A stretch of DNA of 62,795 bases, filler included, from Choristocarpus tenellus KU-1152 (GCA_964200185.2; 15 parts of 15 records of this genome joined end to end with filler, not necessarily neighbours in it), one strand, 5' to 3'; positions 24,849 to 38,904 are shown, counted from the whole stretch's first letter. Notes: generated by a model from the sequence alone, not told the origin. A program made the numbers and translations.

Positions 24849-26004
24849 AATAATGAGGGTTTTTTTTTTTTTTTTNNNNNNNNNNNNNNNNNNNNNNNNN
24901 NNNNNNNNNNNNNNNNNNNTTAATTAATTAANNNNNNNNNNNNNNNNNNNNNNNNNNNNNNNNNNNNNNNNNNNNCCACTCTCTACGACACCCCACCATA
25001 CCCCACCACACTCTACGACAATCAACTTCCCAAACAACAATTTTCGCCATTTTGAACAACATCAAAGCATTGTCCACTTAACCATACCACACAAAGCAAC
25101 TCCACAAGACTCGAAAGCAAATAATAGGATAGGGCTGCGACTGGTGTTCAAACTACGATGTTGTGACTTAGATCTAATTTTCTCTATCCTGTCTGTTAGA
25201 AAATGTAATATTCCTTCACCCGGACACACCTTCCATAGACGAATCCTCACTTCACTCCTACAGAATGTTTCGAAAACGAGAAAAAAGAAAAATCAATAAC
25301 AGCTGGAGAGATCGGAAAAAAGGGCAAACGTCCCTATACAATTAAAGATTCCGCACCAACATCTTACATTCAACAAGAAACACCTCTCCATCATGAGTGA
25401 ATCAGTACCATTGTCCGTATCGATATCACTATCAACATCATCACCAATATCAACATCAGTAGCGTTGTCGGTATACCCATGCCTGAAATTTCCCTGCAGT
25501 GCGGGTTTGATTCGATTGACGACCTTCAGCTCAGGTCTAGAGCTTCGCATGGACCTATAGCTGCAGCTACGGACAGAGCTAGGGTTTGGGCTAAGGTTTA
25601 GGCTACCACAGGAGATACGACCAGAGCTGGGATATGGCCTAGGGTTAGTCCTGATCACGAGGAATTTCAGATAGACGGCACCCATACAGTTGATTGCATT
25701 GGTCGTTCATATATTTGTTCGTGTTGGCCCCTGCAGCAAAAATACAAGCAAAAAAATAGAGAGAAATCTGCCACAGTACCTGCTCTGTACGTACGTAACT
25801 AGGAATGTATGTACGTAACTACGGTGCACTATACTCGAGAGTAATTGCAGCAGTTACACAGTAAACGCCACGAACAGGTATGCTTGCGTACTTGAGTAGT
25901 GGTTGGTTGCCGTTTTTTTATTTTCGCCCTGACAACGACCAACCCCTCCTTGGCCTGTTTTGTGGGCTGTGATGACCAGCAGGTCGAAAGAGAGATGCCA
26001 GATA

Positions 26005-27700
26005 CGTTACACGTGCCCCTCGGAGCTCACCTCCACAGGATGTACAACTCAAATCCAATGCACAGATCAACGCACGTCAGCTCAGCAGAACAGGGGTACT
26101 CTCAGGTGAACCAAGCAGCACTAGGAAGTGTGTGTAACGGTATCAGCCAAGGGAGATATAAGGAACAAAAACTGAATAGTTGGGTCCTGTAGGTCAGAAT
26201 TTGGAGCCGTTTTTAGGATCTCTTATCATCGTTTACCGTTGAGGCTTCTTGTGGTTTACAGGCATTGGAATATATCTGAGAACCTTTGCGACCTTTCCAT
26301 CTGGAACCCTTTGCAACTTTCCCGAGTTACAGATTTTATTCTGCGACTTTTTGGCAAATCGGAGTTCCCCCTTTTGGGGTTCCCCACGCGCATAAACCTC
26401 TCGCGCCGGTTGAAGTGCAGGAAGAAAGCAATGCGCTATTTGCCTGCAACATGCCTCCCAGCGTGAACTAGGTATACATGTTTCTCGCTTAGCACAGGTG
26501 ATTGTCACCGGTTAAGATTATAGATATCATCCATTACCTCAGATCACGCTGTAGCAGCATGAGTTGGTTGCCATCAAACAAAAAAGGGGCTCCAGTTCCA
26601 AACTTGCCAGTTGTTTCCAACACAGGGACCTCGGTTCCAAATTAACCAGATACTTCCAACAAATGATCGACATGTCTCCCAGTTTCGTTTTTGAGAATAA
26701 GTCCTCAAACGTTTTAAGACACAGTCAGAATCAATAAATATCTGAGCTAATCAGAGTATATATTTTCATAAAAAAGATATAACTTCGACTAGGTCCAGAA
26801 TCGATCAACACATATCCACGTTTTTCTTGGGATAATTTATCCCAAGAGGCACAGAATACTATGCAAAACAGTTTTTATCTGGGCTAATCTGAGTATATAC
26901 TTGCTCCTTCTGAAACATCTTCAAAAGTTGCAAAACATACATCTCTTACATGGCCTAGAATGAATGGGGCTCCAGTTCCGATCACCCCAATCACAAATGT
27001 GATTAATTCCTCTCCACAGTTTTTTTTTTTTAAGGGTCCGTCTACAAGGTGACAAATAATCGTTGTCTGGATAATACAAAAATATCCATCACCTTAGATC
27101 ATGCTGCGGTGGCATGCATAATTGCCATTTGGTAACATAGGGGCTTCAGTTCAGACTCTGCCAGTTTTCTCCAGCATAGGGACTCCAGTTCCAACAGAAC
27201 AGATCCTCAAAAGTCGTAAGGCACAGTCAAGATCAATATATGTCTGACCAGATAAGAGCCTAACCCTTTTTTTAGTATGTAACTCCAACTAGCCCCAAAA
27301 CAGGTGAACAAATATCCTTGTTTAACCTGGGAAAACTTTCCCAAGGGTCACAGAATACCATTAGAGTTAGATTGCCCCTGGCCTAGTCTGAGTATACATT
27401 TGTTCTTTCTGAAACATACCTTCAAAATTTACAAAGTATATATCTCTGACATGGCCTAAAATGAATGGGTCCCCAGTTCCCATCACTCTAATCACAAATA
27501 TGATTCATTTATTCACGTTCTCTTCAAGGTGTCCATAAGGTCACACAATGCAATCTCCATTAAATTGTCTGGCCTAATCCGAGTATACACTTGTTTCTTT
27601 TGGACTGGACCTTCAACAGTTACAAAATATATAGCTCTGATTGGGCATACAATTTGTGCGTCTTCCGTTCCGATCTTCCCGGTTATATAAATGCAAGTGC
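26005..27700 (+). mobile_element. Left part of the TG..CA element, with internal ~500-bp tandem subunits
   Basis: Begins (C/T)GTTACACGTGCCCC. 26430-26700 matches 14715-15030. Blocks ~26520-27060 and ~27080-27560 are diverged duplicates. Confidence 0.65.
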
Positions 27701-29015
27701 TATCAAGGATTAGACTTATGCCCCCCATGCCCAAAGCATACTCAAGGCTGCTATTGTGCAAAACGGGCAATGAAAAATAAAGAAAGAAAGAAAGAAAGAA
27801 AGAAGGGTCAATGAGAGCAACAAATAGTACTAATAGTAAATAAAGTAAACAAAAAGAAAATGGGCAAAAAATAGAAAGAAAAAAAAATGTGTGGGTGATG
27901 AGGGCAACAAAGTGGAAACTGAATAGTATATAAATTTAAAAAAAACACAAAAAGTAGAAAGGAAAAAAAAGAAAAGAAAAAGTCAGTAAATAAGGAGAGT
28001 AACAACTATGAAAAGAAAATGAAATTTAAAAATCAGGGGACGATGGGATGAGAACTAAAAATATAAATAACATTAGAAAAACATTAAGTGAGGTATAGAA
28101 GACATAAAAAAATAGAGAATTCAAGATCACAGAGAGTTGTTACAACATAGAAAAGAGGGAAATAAATAAATAAATAAAAAAGTAGTGAGTTCAGTGTTTG
28201 TCTTTTCTAAGGACTTCAGCCTATAGAACCGATGTATATTTATGTGTAGTAAAATGTGGGCGGTTCTTCATTCCAACTTCTGCTGTCTCATGTTCCTTTC
28301 AGTGACTATGATTATCGTTGCTTTAATCTCTTGTTCTAGCATGTACCGGCTGAACCTCACCTTGTCCTTCAGGCATACAGTTGTTACCTGCTGGGAGCTT
28401 TTCTGGAGGATGCACTCGTCTCTCTCCTGCTGAAATTCCTCCTTACCTCCATCCTTCAACCTTACCCTCCAATGGGGTGACTTGAAATCAAAAACTAGAC
28501 CCTATCCTACCGATCTCTTCAGCTTATATCCTTCCACAATGTTTGACACTAGTACCAATAGGAAAGAGACGTAACGTATCCTCTCGGGGCAAGAGTTTTT
28601 CTTAGGTGGGAACATTAGTTGGTCATGGTCTTGTGTTAGGGTTATGAAGGTCCTAGAAGGTATGATAAACATCCAACTGTAGTAAGGTAAAGTTGTTCAT
28701 TTCTTCTGTTTAGTTACCTAGTCTAACAACGATCCATCTTAGAACATTCCTTTGTACCACAATGCCATTTGCTAAGATTTGACAAGGATACATTGTTACT
28801 GCTCGATGTGGGTGTTGAAATGTTGACGAAAGGTACCCATGGTGGCAGTGGTGATGGTTGGGAACATTGACCNNNNNNNNNNNNNNNNNNNNNNNNNNNN
28901 NNNNNNNNNNNNNNNNTTAATTAATTAANNNNNNNNNNNNNNNNNNNNNNNNNNNNNNNNNNNNNNNNNNNNGGAAGGGGAAAAAGGAGGAGGGGGGGGG
29001 GGGGGGGGGGGGGGG

Positions 29016-29049
<34 letters not shown>

Positions 29050-30022
29050 GGCTCAGGAAAAAAACTTAAAGGATGGTATGGTATGTTGGTTGTGATTGAT
29101 GTTTGCTCCAACTAGTCAATACCGTTGCAAGAGTCCACAGCATGTTTGTAGTTGGATCTTCAAATCCCTAACCCTTCCTGCCCTGCACAACGCTATTAAA
29201 TCGTAATGCAACAATTCTATCGAGACTATCAATATTAATAATACTACTGAAACTAATATTGTAAACATGTCATACTGTTCTTAACAGCGTGTGCGTTTGG
29301 GGGTAGGGAGTTCATCACATGATCTGGGGTAAGGCCCTGATTTGGTCCATTCCAGAGCACAAGCAAAAAAACCCATACTCTATCAATCAGGGCCTTTTAC
29401 CGGGCCGGGCAGTTAACACATCCATTGTTGGCCATATGGCCACAGGTCAGCCTGTCTCCCAGCCATGTTCCAAGTGGTCGATGGCCATGGACTCAGCCAT
29501 GTCAAAGCTTGGTTGCACGTGGCTGGTCAAGTTGAGTAGTGACGGAAATGGACTTTGCCATGACAGAACGCGTTATCTATGACCGGCCAGGTAATAATTT
29601 TTTTATACTTGGGTCAGTAATGTCATGTCCATGCCTCCCTCTTTACCATTCATTCTACTTGTATCTTGTATCCTATACTACTACTAATGTAAGTACTGGA
29701 AATAATACACACATGTATACATATAATATTGATATATCCGTATTATTTCCTATTTTACTATATATAGACTACTAAAAAGTAAAAAATATATATATATATA
29801 TATATTAAGCATTGTACACTTGGTGTTAGGGTGGCTGAGGTGACTTGTGACTTCAAGATGTATTTTGACACCCCCTCACCAAGGGTCAATTTATGTCAAT
29901 TGACAAGTAAATAGAAAATATTAACCGTACATAAAGTACCACGCAGGCATACACGCACACATATTTTGATTGACATCCTCACTACACTTATCCACATGCT
30001 TTCTCACGATTTCAAACTGAGA

Positions 30023-30162
30023 AAGTCGAGATAAGATTTGAAAGAGCACTATCTATACACACATACTACTGGAGTATAACTTAATCTTTGACAAGTCCAG
30101 ATAAGATTTGAAAGAGTACTATCTATATACACATACTACTGGAGTATAACTTAACCTTTGAC
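30023..30162. repeat. 2 x 70-bp tandem duplication
   Basis: AAGTC.AGATAAGATTTGAAAGAG.ACTATCTATA.ACACATACTACTGGAGTATAACTTAA.CTTTGAC occurs twice. Confidence 0.9.
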
Positions 30163-30485
30163 ATGTACACGAACACATCTATTTTTCATTGTTGGACTAG
30201 TAACACATGTACTGGACATGGATGCTCCAAACACACCAGAAAAAAGTAAATACTGACAGGCTGGAGGACACGGACTGGTACAATTACCCAATGGACATGG
30301 TCTGGACATGTTAGAGAATGCTACACCTGATCCAGCCACAACCAACAATGGCCAACACTTTGTAAAGATAGTTGATTGCACTGGCCATCACAATGTGGTA
30401 TTCTTAGAAACAGTACCTCACGTCAAGGACCAGTCCTTTACTGGTACCAGTGTGGTACACACCATACTACTGAGAAGAACCACCA

Positions 30486-30550
30486 CACTATCAACATGAT
30501 ACACTATCAACATGATACACTATCAACATGATACACTATCAACAAGATAC
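30486..30550. repeat. 16-bp minisatellite x4
   Basis: Tandem ACACTATCAACATGAT. Confidence 0.9.
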
Positions 30551-30595
30551 TCGCTTCTAATCATTATTTCATTTCCTTCCCTACTCGTGAAGACT

Positions 30596-30769
30596 AAGTT
30601 AATCTTTAATAGTTACTAGTAACAAAGTTAATCTTTAATAGTTACTAGTAACTAAGTTAATCTTTAATAGTTACTAGTAACAAAGTTAATCTTTAATAGT
30701 TACTAGTAACAAAGTTAATCTTTAATAGTTACTAGTAACTAAGTTAATCTTTAATAGTTACTAGTAACA
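30596..30769. repeat. 29-bp minisatellite x6
   Basis: AAGTTAATCTTTAATAGTTACTAGTAAC(A/T) head-to-tail with no spacers. Confidence 0.95.
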
Positions 30770-31108
30770 ATACCCTCACAATTCTTCAAAACATTACAAA
30801 AATGATCGTAACCATGTTACACCAACCACTGCAATTGTCTTCACAACAAAAACCGCATCTAATTTATAAATCTAAAACATGGCAAAAGAAAAAACTAAGA
30901 TAATAAAATTATTATCACTGTCATGCTTGGCACAATGAAACATAAATAAATACACAATTGCATCAATAATAAATATTTAAAAGTGATCATGGATCATGCA
31001 TCGCATAAGTTGTATCAATATACAATATTAAAAAATTAAATAAAAAATAAAAGTAGAAATATGACTAATAATAGTTAATAATAATGAGTTACACCCATCC
31101 ATCCCTCA

Positions 31109-32598
31109 CCGTAATACATCCTTGGCATGAACTGCCTTAGCACCAGCAAGCGCCTTAGTCTCCGCTGCAAATTGCCTCAAGACACGCTTTGCTGTAGCCT
31201 TAGCCTCTTCTTGTATCTTCTCCCACAGAGGCATACAGTATACAACATCAAAAACAACACAGGTATACAACATGAACAACATAGGTATATAACATGAACA
31301 ACAACATAGGTATACAACATACCCTCCTAAAGGGGAATTAACTTCCAGACACTGGCATGGATGGTATGGTGTATCACATTGCAAAAAAAAGTTAAAGGCC
31401 TTGAAACTCAAAAGGAATATAGACCCTCCTCCTAGATGTTTTCACTCAATAAGAGTCAGCTTTTTTTCCCTATACAGCAATCCAGGCTAAGAACTACCTA
31501 CAGGTATTATTATTATTATTATTATCATTATTGTCACATCAGTCTGAGGGATCCCAGACCAGTGCTTTGAAAAGGAAATCCAAAGAAGGCATTGCACAGT
31601 CCTCGAGAAAGGCAATATAAATAATTAAATAAAATGAGCAGAAACTAGAATATGTTACAGCAAGCATTGATTCAAACCAGGCTTATCACAATGGAATGGG
31701 TTTGAGTTTGATCACTCCTTCAAATTAAACCTTAGACAACAAATGATCATTGTTTCTGAACAACCCGAGAGCTAACACTGTAATACACAAGACTGATAAA
31801 ATAAATGTACTATTACGTACTACTAACTTGATTAGTCAAGTTACTATTAATGAAATAAAATAAAAAATGTTTTTTTTTTTTTTCTAATTTTTAGGACCGC
31901 TAACAATAATATATCAAAATTATCAAAATAGTGGTGTAGTACAAAGAATCTCACTCTTTACATGACACACACTGCACAAGAAGATTCTCACCTTCTATTC
32001 TCATATTCTATTTTCACATAAGAAAAAAAAAAATCAAACATGTTGCACCGTACGTGAGTCATTTTAAACACTCTACCTTTTTTTTCTACCTTTTTTTTGT
32101 CTATTGCAGTAGACGTAAGGCCCCTAACCCTAACTAACTAACATAAACTAGCCCTTACCCTAACCAACACACAATCCCCCATCTCTTATCTAACAAAAAC
32201 ATCCCTAACCCTAACCAACACACAATCAAGGCACAAGGGTTGAACCTCTTGTTCAAGTACTATTATTTATGGCAACAGTAACAGTGAAAATAATAATGAT
32301 AATAATAATAATAATAATAATAATAGTGTGATAACAGCATTGCTGTACAATAGACCTTCCAGACATCACCCAAATTCTCCTTCACACATACTGACAGGTT
32401 GACCTGTAACCCTAAAGCCCTAACCCTAACCCTAAACCCCTACCTGACTCGCAGCTGCACAAGAATTCTCCCCAATTGCCTGAGCTAGACCAGTGTGAGC
32501 CTCCACACAAACGAGCAGTCTCTCTAATGCAGACGCCTCCCAGGCCTCTCTAAGTGTCCTTCCCTCCCAACCCATCACCTCATAGCACTGACAAACAG
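31109..32598 (-). CDS. Internal exons of an unidentified protein
   Basis: Exon ~32444-32598 (VCQCYEVMGWEGRTLREAWEASALERLL.., donor CAG|GTAGGG) and exon ~31109-31217 (IQEEAKATAKRVLRQFAAETKAL.., donor CG|GTGAGG) lie within AT-rich intron-like DNA. Confidence 0.45.
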
Positions 32599-33120
32599 CT
32601 TGCCCATGAGAAATGCCCAGGAATGTGTTCATGTTCATGTTCATGTTCATGTTCTTGCCAATAATAACGCCCTCCATGGTGGACACACCCGTAGTGTATA
32701 GATCATTCCCCCCCCCCCCCATGCCCCCGGGACCAGCCTGTGTAACGTGATCCGTCTCCCGTAAAANNNNNNNNNNNNNNNNNNNNNNNNNNNNNNNNNN
32801 NNNNNNNNNNTTAATTAATTAANNNNNNNNNNNNNNNNNNNNNNNNNNNNNNNNNNNNNNNNNNNNGGGTAGGGGGGAGGTCTGCCATGAACAAGGTGAG
32901 AAATAGCTACATTGCTCCTGATAATGCTTGTTTGGCCTTAAAAAATCTACACCGGCCTGTCTATCCACAGGTTTCCCATGCTGTGTGATGCCAGCTTTGT
33001 GTTTTGCTTTGGTGTGTGAATGAGTTAACTTCTTTTCATCCCAATTTTGGCTTGAAGTCTGTGACATATGATGGAGAGGCATGTGTGTATATGATTCCAC
33101 TTCCTGTTTCCTGCCTCCAG

Positions 33121-35747
33121 GCACAGTCGATGCAGAGTATGGGTGCTGTTTTGCCTGGGTCGTCTCAACGGTCACTACGGGGTGATAGTTCCAATGACGG
33201 TGAGAGATATAAGGGATGATATGTAATGGAATGGCAGATGGGAGTGTCTGAACTATTGCTGCTTTTGATTTTGTTAGTCTTGTAAATGATAGATGCATGA
33301 TGTTGGCATTTGGTTGATTAATGGCATGTGAACGCCTGATTGTCTCCAGAACATTTTGCATTTCGTTGCGTAATGGGTTGGTGTGTTTGTTTGCCACTCT
33401 CACCTGTCACACTAACTGTATATTCTTGCGTCGGTCCCTTGTCTCTATTTGAGACAGAGAGTTCCCAGGAGGTGGAGGCGATGCTGGCAAGGGCGTTGCG
33501 GTGGTCAAGGGATGATGCTTCCAGGTGAGCCCTACCTATACTCACCCCTTCCCCCGACGGTCTCTGTAGTATACATCTGGTAGTATCGTTGTGGGTACGT
33601 TCCCAATGGAGAATTAGTTTTTTGGTTTAAAGTAGAAGTGATGAAAACATGGATAGACTATAATGGCCGCTCACTGTGTAAGGTCACTCTGCTAGGGATG
33701 GTTATGATAGATGAGACTGGTGCTTTAGACTGATGATATGAGGAAGCATGGAAGAGTTGGGCATGCGCTGTGTTTGTTGTTGATGTTAGTTAGCCAGTGG
33801 GTTCATGGAGGGTTTTTCTTTTTTTTAAAGTTGAGTACTTGAAGCAGCGCTGGTTATTTATTAATGGTTGATGTTGCGGTTGTTTCTGTGACTTGAGTGG
33901 TTTCTTTCAAAAATGGCTGTTCCCATCACACACAGATAATGGACACACACACACACACACCGGAGCTCAACCAAAGTGGGTTGGCTGAGATATTTTACTC
34001 AAACAACATTTCGGTCCCAGCCCATCCTGTGCGCAAGATATCTTCCGATGCTGTCGAAATGTCTGCTGAAGTCTTCCTTAAGACACCTGACCCAAGCATA
34101 ATGTTTTTCCAGTAATCATGAAACCGTGTGACAGAAGAGTAGTGTTGTCGGTCCACTCCAGATCATACGGAACACCCTTGATGAGAAAGTTAACAATTCT
34201 TTTGAACTATTGTTTGTGGTTTTCCTTACTAGATGGCGTGCTGCGGCATTCAATAACCTCCTATCTGGCCTAAAGCCGCTGCCAAAGATGTCGATGGCTG
34301 GAGGTCAGTTGGAGAGGACAGCTGGAGGAGTAGGGGTGAGTAACTGCACTGATACTGTCACACTCCTTACTGGTGCTGGTGCTGGTGCTGGTACTGTTAA
34401 GTATTTTTTTCCCATAGTATGTAGGTTTGTTGTGTAGGATGTCTCTGTGTGTGTGGTTTGGTTGTGAGGTTGACTCCATTTAGTTCAAATGGTCGGTTCG
34501 TTCTGTTGCTGTACAGTGTGTTTTTTTGTTTTGAAGGCTGGGTGAGGATGAATTTCTGTCAAGAAAGGTTCTTTTGTTTCGGGTGGGCTTGAGGTAAACA
34601 GACACAGGGTGATTTGTGACACTAAACATCTCCCGTTAATACGTCACTATAAACTTGAATATAATGTACGATTGTACTACCAGTAGTAGAATCCTAGATA
34701 GGAAAATATATATTTTTGATGCTAATTAGAGGGTTGGGGATAGTTTCCATGTACACACACACTAGTTTCTGCTTTTTGCTTGTATTGCAACCTCGACAAG
34801 GAGATACCATGTAGACAGACCTTCCTATTCCTATCCCCATATGAACTACTTATTTAAACGACATACAGGGGGTGGGGATAGGTGGAGGAGACACCAACGG
34901 AGGGGTGACCCTGCCCAAGGCCACTGCAGATGCTGCCAGTGCTGCCAGTGAATCCCTTACAGAGCTAGTGGACCTTGCAAAGAAGTTATCGATTGCTCGG
35001 GCCACTCCCAAGGTGGTAATGGTTAAAGGAGCAAAGATGACTGCCGGAACTAGCGCCGGTACTGGGTCTGGGGGGCAAGGAAGGAGTGCAGTAAGGCGGC
35101 GTGTGAAGTCTGCAAGGGAGGAATGGCAGTCGCAGCAGGCAGCCCTTGCCAGGCTTCGCAGCGAGTGGAGGGAGGCGCACAAGAGAGCAGGGTCTGTGAT
35201 AGCACGTCTGGAAGGGGATTGTTCTGTGCTACCTAAAGGTAGGATATGCACTCGATGTTGTAGTGTGTGGCTGCTTTGCTCTGACTTGCTGTGGAATGTA
35301 GATCCTCTTTGGCTTTGTTGCCGTCCCAGTGTCATCTGACCTAACCCCTCAACCTCACTGTGTTGACCCTGCTGTGCTGAACTGAACCCTGAAGACTCTA
35401 AGGGCTTTGTTGATGAGGGTGTCGCAGAGGCAAAGTTTGTCCCGGGGGCATCTCGCAATCTGCATGGATTGCCTGGGCTACGTGTTGCTCGCCTTTCTAT
35501 GCCAGTTGGGTGTGTAGGGCGCCCCCTTCCTCGCAGTTCAGATGCATTGAATGCTACTGGTGGGGCAGTGTCATCGACACAGGCTCCACCTGCACCCTCT
35601 TGCCAGGGTCAAGCTATGACACAGTTGGAGGTTGGGCAGACAATGGCGAAGCCCTTTGGGGGAGGGAAACAACAGGGTGATGTCATACCTGTAGTGATGG
35701 GAAGGGACTCGTTAGCGAGACTACATCAGGCGCTGTTAGTTGTTTAA
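33121..35747 (+). CDS. DCTN1: 3' exons of probable dynactin subunit 1 (p150Glued)
   Basis: Phase-compatible exons at 33121-33199, 33458-33524, 34233-34335, 34869-35238 and 35395-35747 (TAA). The motif order LLSGLKPLP..ATPKVV..coiled coil..VARLSM..PVVMGRDSLARLHQALL-stop parallels the p150 C-terminus as recalled (LASLPPL..THVVDI..MGKVTF..LVLTQEQLHQLHSRLI). Confidence 0.65.
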
Positions 35748-38700
35748 GTTTAGCAGTTGATCGGTTGGTGATCTGTTCTGGGCAGCGTAAAGGAGGAGAG
35801 GGTGGTTCTATGCAAGTGGGGTGTCAAAGGGAGGATTTGAGGAGAGTGAAGCCCACATGAGTTGTAGCTATTGATTATATGAATACTGTTTGACCAAGGC
35901 GGCTCATTGGCAAGTAAGATAGCACTACTTCGACATCAGTAGGAACACTGAGTTGTGATTTCTAATGAATCCTGTCGGAGGGGAGATTAGCGGATCAGTT
36001 GGTGATATTTTTCAGGTAACGCTTGGCTGAAGTTGTTAGGTATCGAGATGGTGGATGACCTTGTCAATGTCTTTTTTTTAATGGTGTCCTTACCAGAAAT
36101 ACAACTGCAGAAATTCAGACGGGGGTGCAAGGAGTGTAAATTTGGCAGCACTTTTTCATGTGAAGGAGGGGGGGAGGGAGTTGGATATGAGGGTGGAAAC
36201 ACCTATTGACTTGTAGGGTGTAGTTGATATGAGGACAAATACATGTGAATGTTTTATTAGGATGTGCTAAACATTTCATGTAAGGACTGTTCTGGTGTGT
36301 GGTGTTTGCCATGAGAACGCCAAGCCAGGAACAGGGAGGGGTGAAGGAGTATCTTGTGTTACTAAGAATGTGTACTTGTAGTGTTCACAGGCTGCTGTGG
36401 TGGTGGCTTGGATGAGCACGTAGCTTGGGATATTTATTGTTATTATTCATTATTTCAGACTTTAGTTTTTTTTTAACCTGTGGTCAGAGGTTATAAAGCA
36501 GGCATAGCGATAAATGGAAGATATGTGGTCAAGAGAAATAAGATGTAAGGCGACTGGAAACTGGGAGACTTGGACACAGCAATGAAAGCTTTATCAGCGA
36601 TCAAGTGTATCTATCCGATCCAGAAGACCTACTACCAGTGTCAGTTGCTAAGTCGACTGATATTTTGAGCACAATAGCGAATGGAAAAGAGATGTAGCGG
36701 TCATAGACATGCTACAGACAGAAGCGAACTTCTTACATACTACTACTACGGATTGATAATATGACGATAGTACGAGCAAGCACCGTGAGAGGTGTGTGGC
36801 GACGAGAAGTTCCTTCTTGTCGTAAGGATTCATGGAGTTGATGGTTTTCACCTTTCTTGGAGGCATGAGTGTGGCAAGTTGTATGTACAAGGTGGCATGG
36901 AGGTATGAAATAACGTGTGCAGAGGGGTAGAAATAGTGCATGCCAATTACTCATAAAATTCCCGGTTTCTGCCATTGCACATGCGTGTATACAACACATC
37001 GCACCAAGCTTACGAGGTGTTCAACAATATGAAGTAGATGACTGGTGGTGAATTCAGTTACTACTCTTCACAGAGGTTGAAGGAGAACAACAGGAACGAC
37101 TAAAAAAAGCAGTTGGTAGATTGTAGCACTATGGCGCTTTTGGTAGGATCACAATATACATAATTTTATCAATAGATATTCTAAGATGTACCACAATAAA
37201 ATGTGGTAACAGGACATCAGAGTGTGACGATGCCTTCTTGTGTGAATGGAGTTTGCTCTTTGTAAGGAATAATGGCATCGTCTGCACAAAGGATCTAATG
37301 GTATTCCTCTCCCCTCTCCTCCTTCAGGTCTGGTGTGTTTATCGCCATACAACACAACAGGTTGTGTTCTTGGGGTTACACAATTATAACTACGCAATTG
37401 TTTGAGTAGTTCGCAATTTGGATACCTATTTTTGTCGTCAAATACACAAAGTGGTCACGTTAAATTTAAATTGGAGTGCATAGTAGGAATGATACAACAT
37501 TGTACATAAGAATGATAAGAACTCGGTAGTATTGTTGTATTCTGGATTATTATGTGTATGTTGGTGTATTTCGTTACGCTGCTTGCTTAACAATCCTTTG
37601 GTGGAGTGATCGATGTTCATCGTGAGGTAGTCTTTTTCCTGTCTGAGGGATGACAAAAGTAGTTTTGTCGAAAGCTGGGTGCACGCCGGTGATATATCCG
37701 GGCGTTTAGGGAAACAAAAGCGAGTTAAAGACATTAGCTGGGAACCCGTGGCGGGTATTGTTTGGACTTGTGATAAACTTNNNNNNNNNNNNNNNNNNNN
37801 NNNNNNNNNNNNNNNNNNNNNNNNTTAATTAATTAANNNNNNNNNNNNNNNNNNNNNNNNNNNNNNNNNNNNNNNNNNNNGGAGGATTTGGACAATCAAT
37901 ACCACCTTGAGGGGGTGGGGGTGGGTGAGAGTCTGCTCTGGAAAATAGTTTTGGCTTGGTCCATCTCTGTTATGTGTTGAAGCTGAGCGGATGCACTGCT
38001 ACCAAGTTTAGGTCCAGTCGGTGGTTATTTGCGAGTCTAACCTAAACTACATCAAGTATGTCATGGTAAAGATGGTAAAGAGTTCAACCGTCTCAGAAAG
38101 GTCGCGAAGATTTACGTCCCTCTTGTAATTTACAAGTGTGTCTGCTTGAATATATATCTTTAGGATCAAGGTACTGTCCAGTAGAACCCTTGCAAAGGAT
38201 ATGTACGTCAAGAGTCACAATTGTATTTTCTCTTACTGTGAAAGTTGCTTGCTGTGCCGGTATCGACTGCGCCCTCAAAGTAGACACTTTTGTCATAGCA
38301 ATGACCTCAGCATAGTAGGATGTAGACTCTTCTATTGTGATTACTGCAGTAATCGCCTCTCTGACTAGCTGTGGGAGTTGGTGATCGTGAAGGCTAGGTG
38401 CAAGAAGGTGTGAGTTAAGACTTGAGAGGTGAGGAACAGGGGTTACGTATACATGGACAAGATCTTACGTAAACAGCTTTTGTGGTTAGTGGAAGGCCTC
38501 CATTAACAGTTTAAATAGTTTGCTGACCATACTTTCTTTACCTCGATCTTGTAGGATAATGAAAGGGAGCTTTTTGTTCCGTGGTTCGCACCCAGGGTGA
38601 TGCGACCATTGCCCTAGGACATTTATTTATTTGTATCGTCCACTCTCCAGAACAAAATTATCACCGAGTCACTGTAAACGTAATTGTCAAGTCAACAGGA

Positions 38701-38904
38701 TGTTATTCAGGGGCCAGTTCCCCTACAAAGTCTGTTGTCTAGCACTGCACTTGTGGTAAACCCCAACAACATTTCCTCTATCATGTCTATTGTCCTCAAC
38801 AATGCCCTCCGCCATATTTTCTCAATTTACTTCCTAGTTTTTCACAAATTGGTGGTTTGATCTTATCGAATCTGTAGTCAGAGGTTGTAATGAGATATGG
38901 CAAT

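Noticed and set aside
28990-29050. Long poly-G tract as a G4 or poly-Pro feature
   Set aside because: It lies at a contig edge, where homopolymer or sequencing artefacts are likely.
30596-30769. CRISPR-like 29-bp palindromic repeats (also 62266-62395 and 40870-41135)
   Set aside because: The units abut with no unique spacers, there are no cas genes, and the context is eukaryotic.
36580-37780. Coding-like minus-strand stretches (also 8790-9500, 15770-16300, 54290-54790 and 58860-59420)
   Set aside because: They are probably decayed transposon sequence, but no motif could be assigned with confidence.
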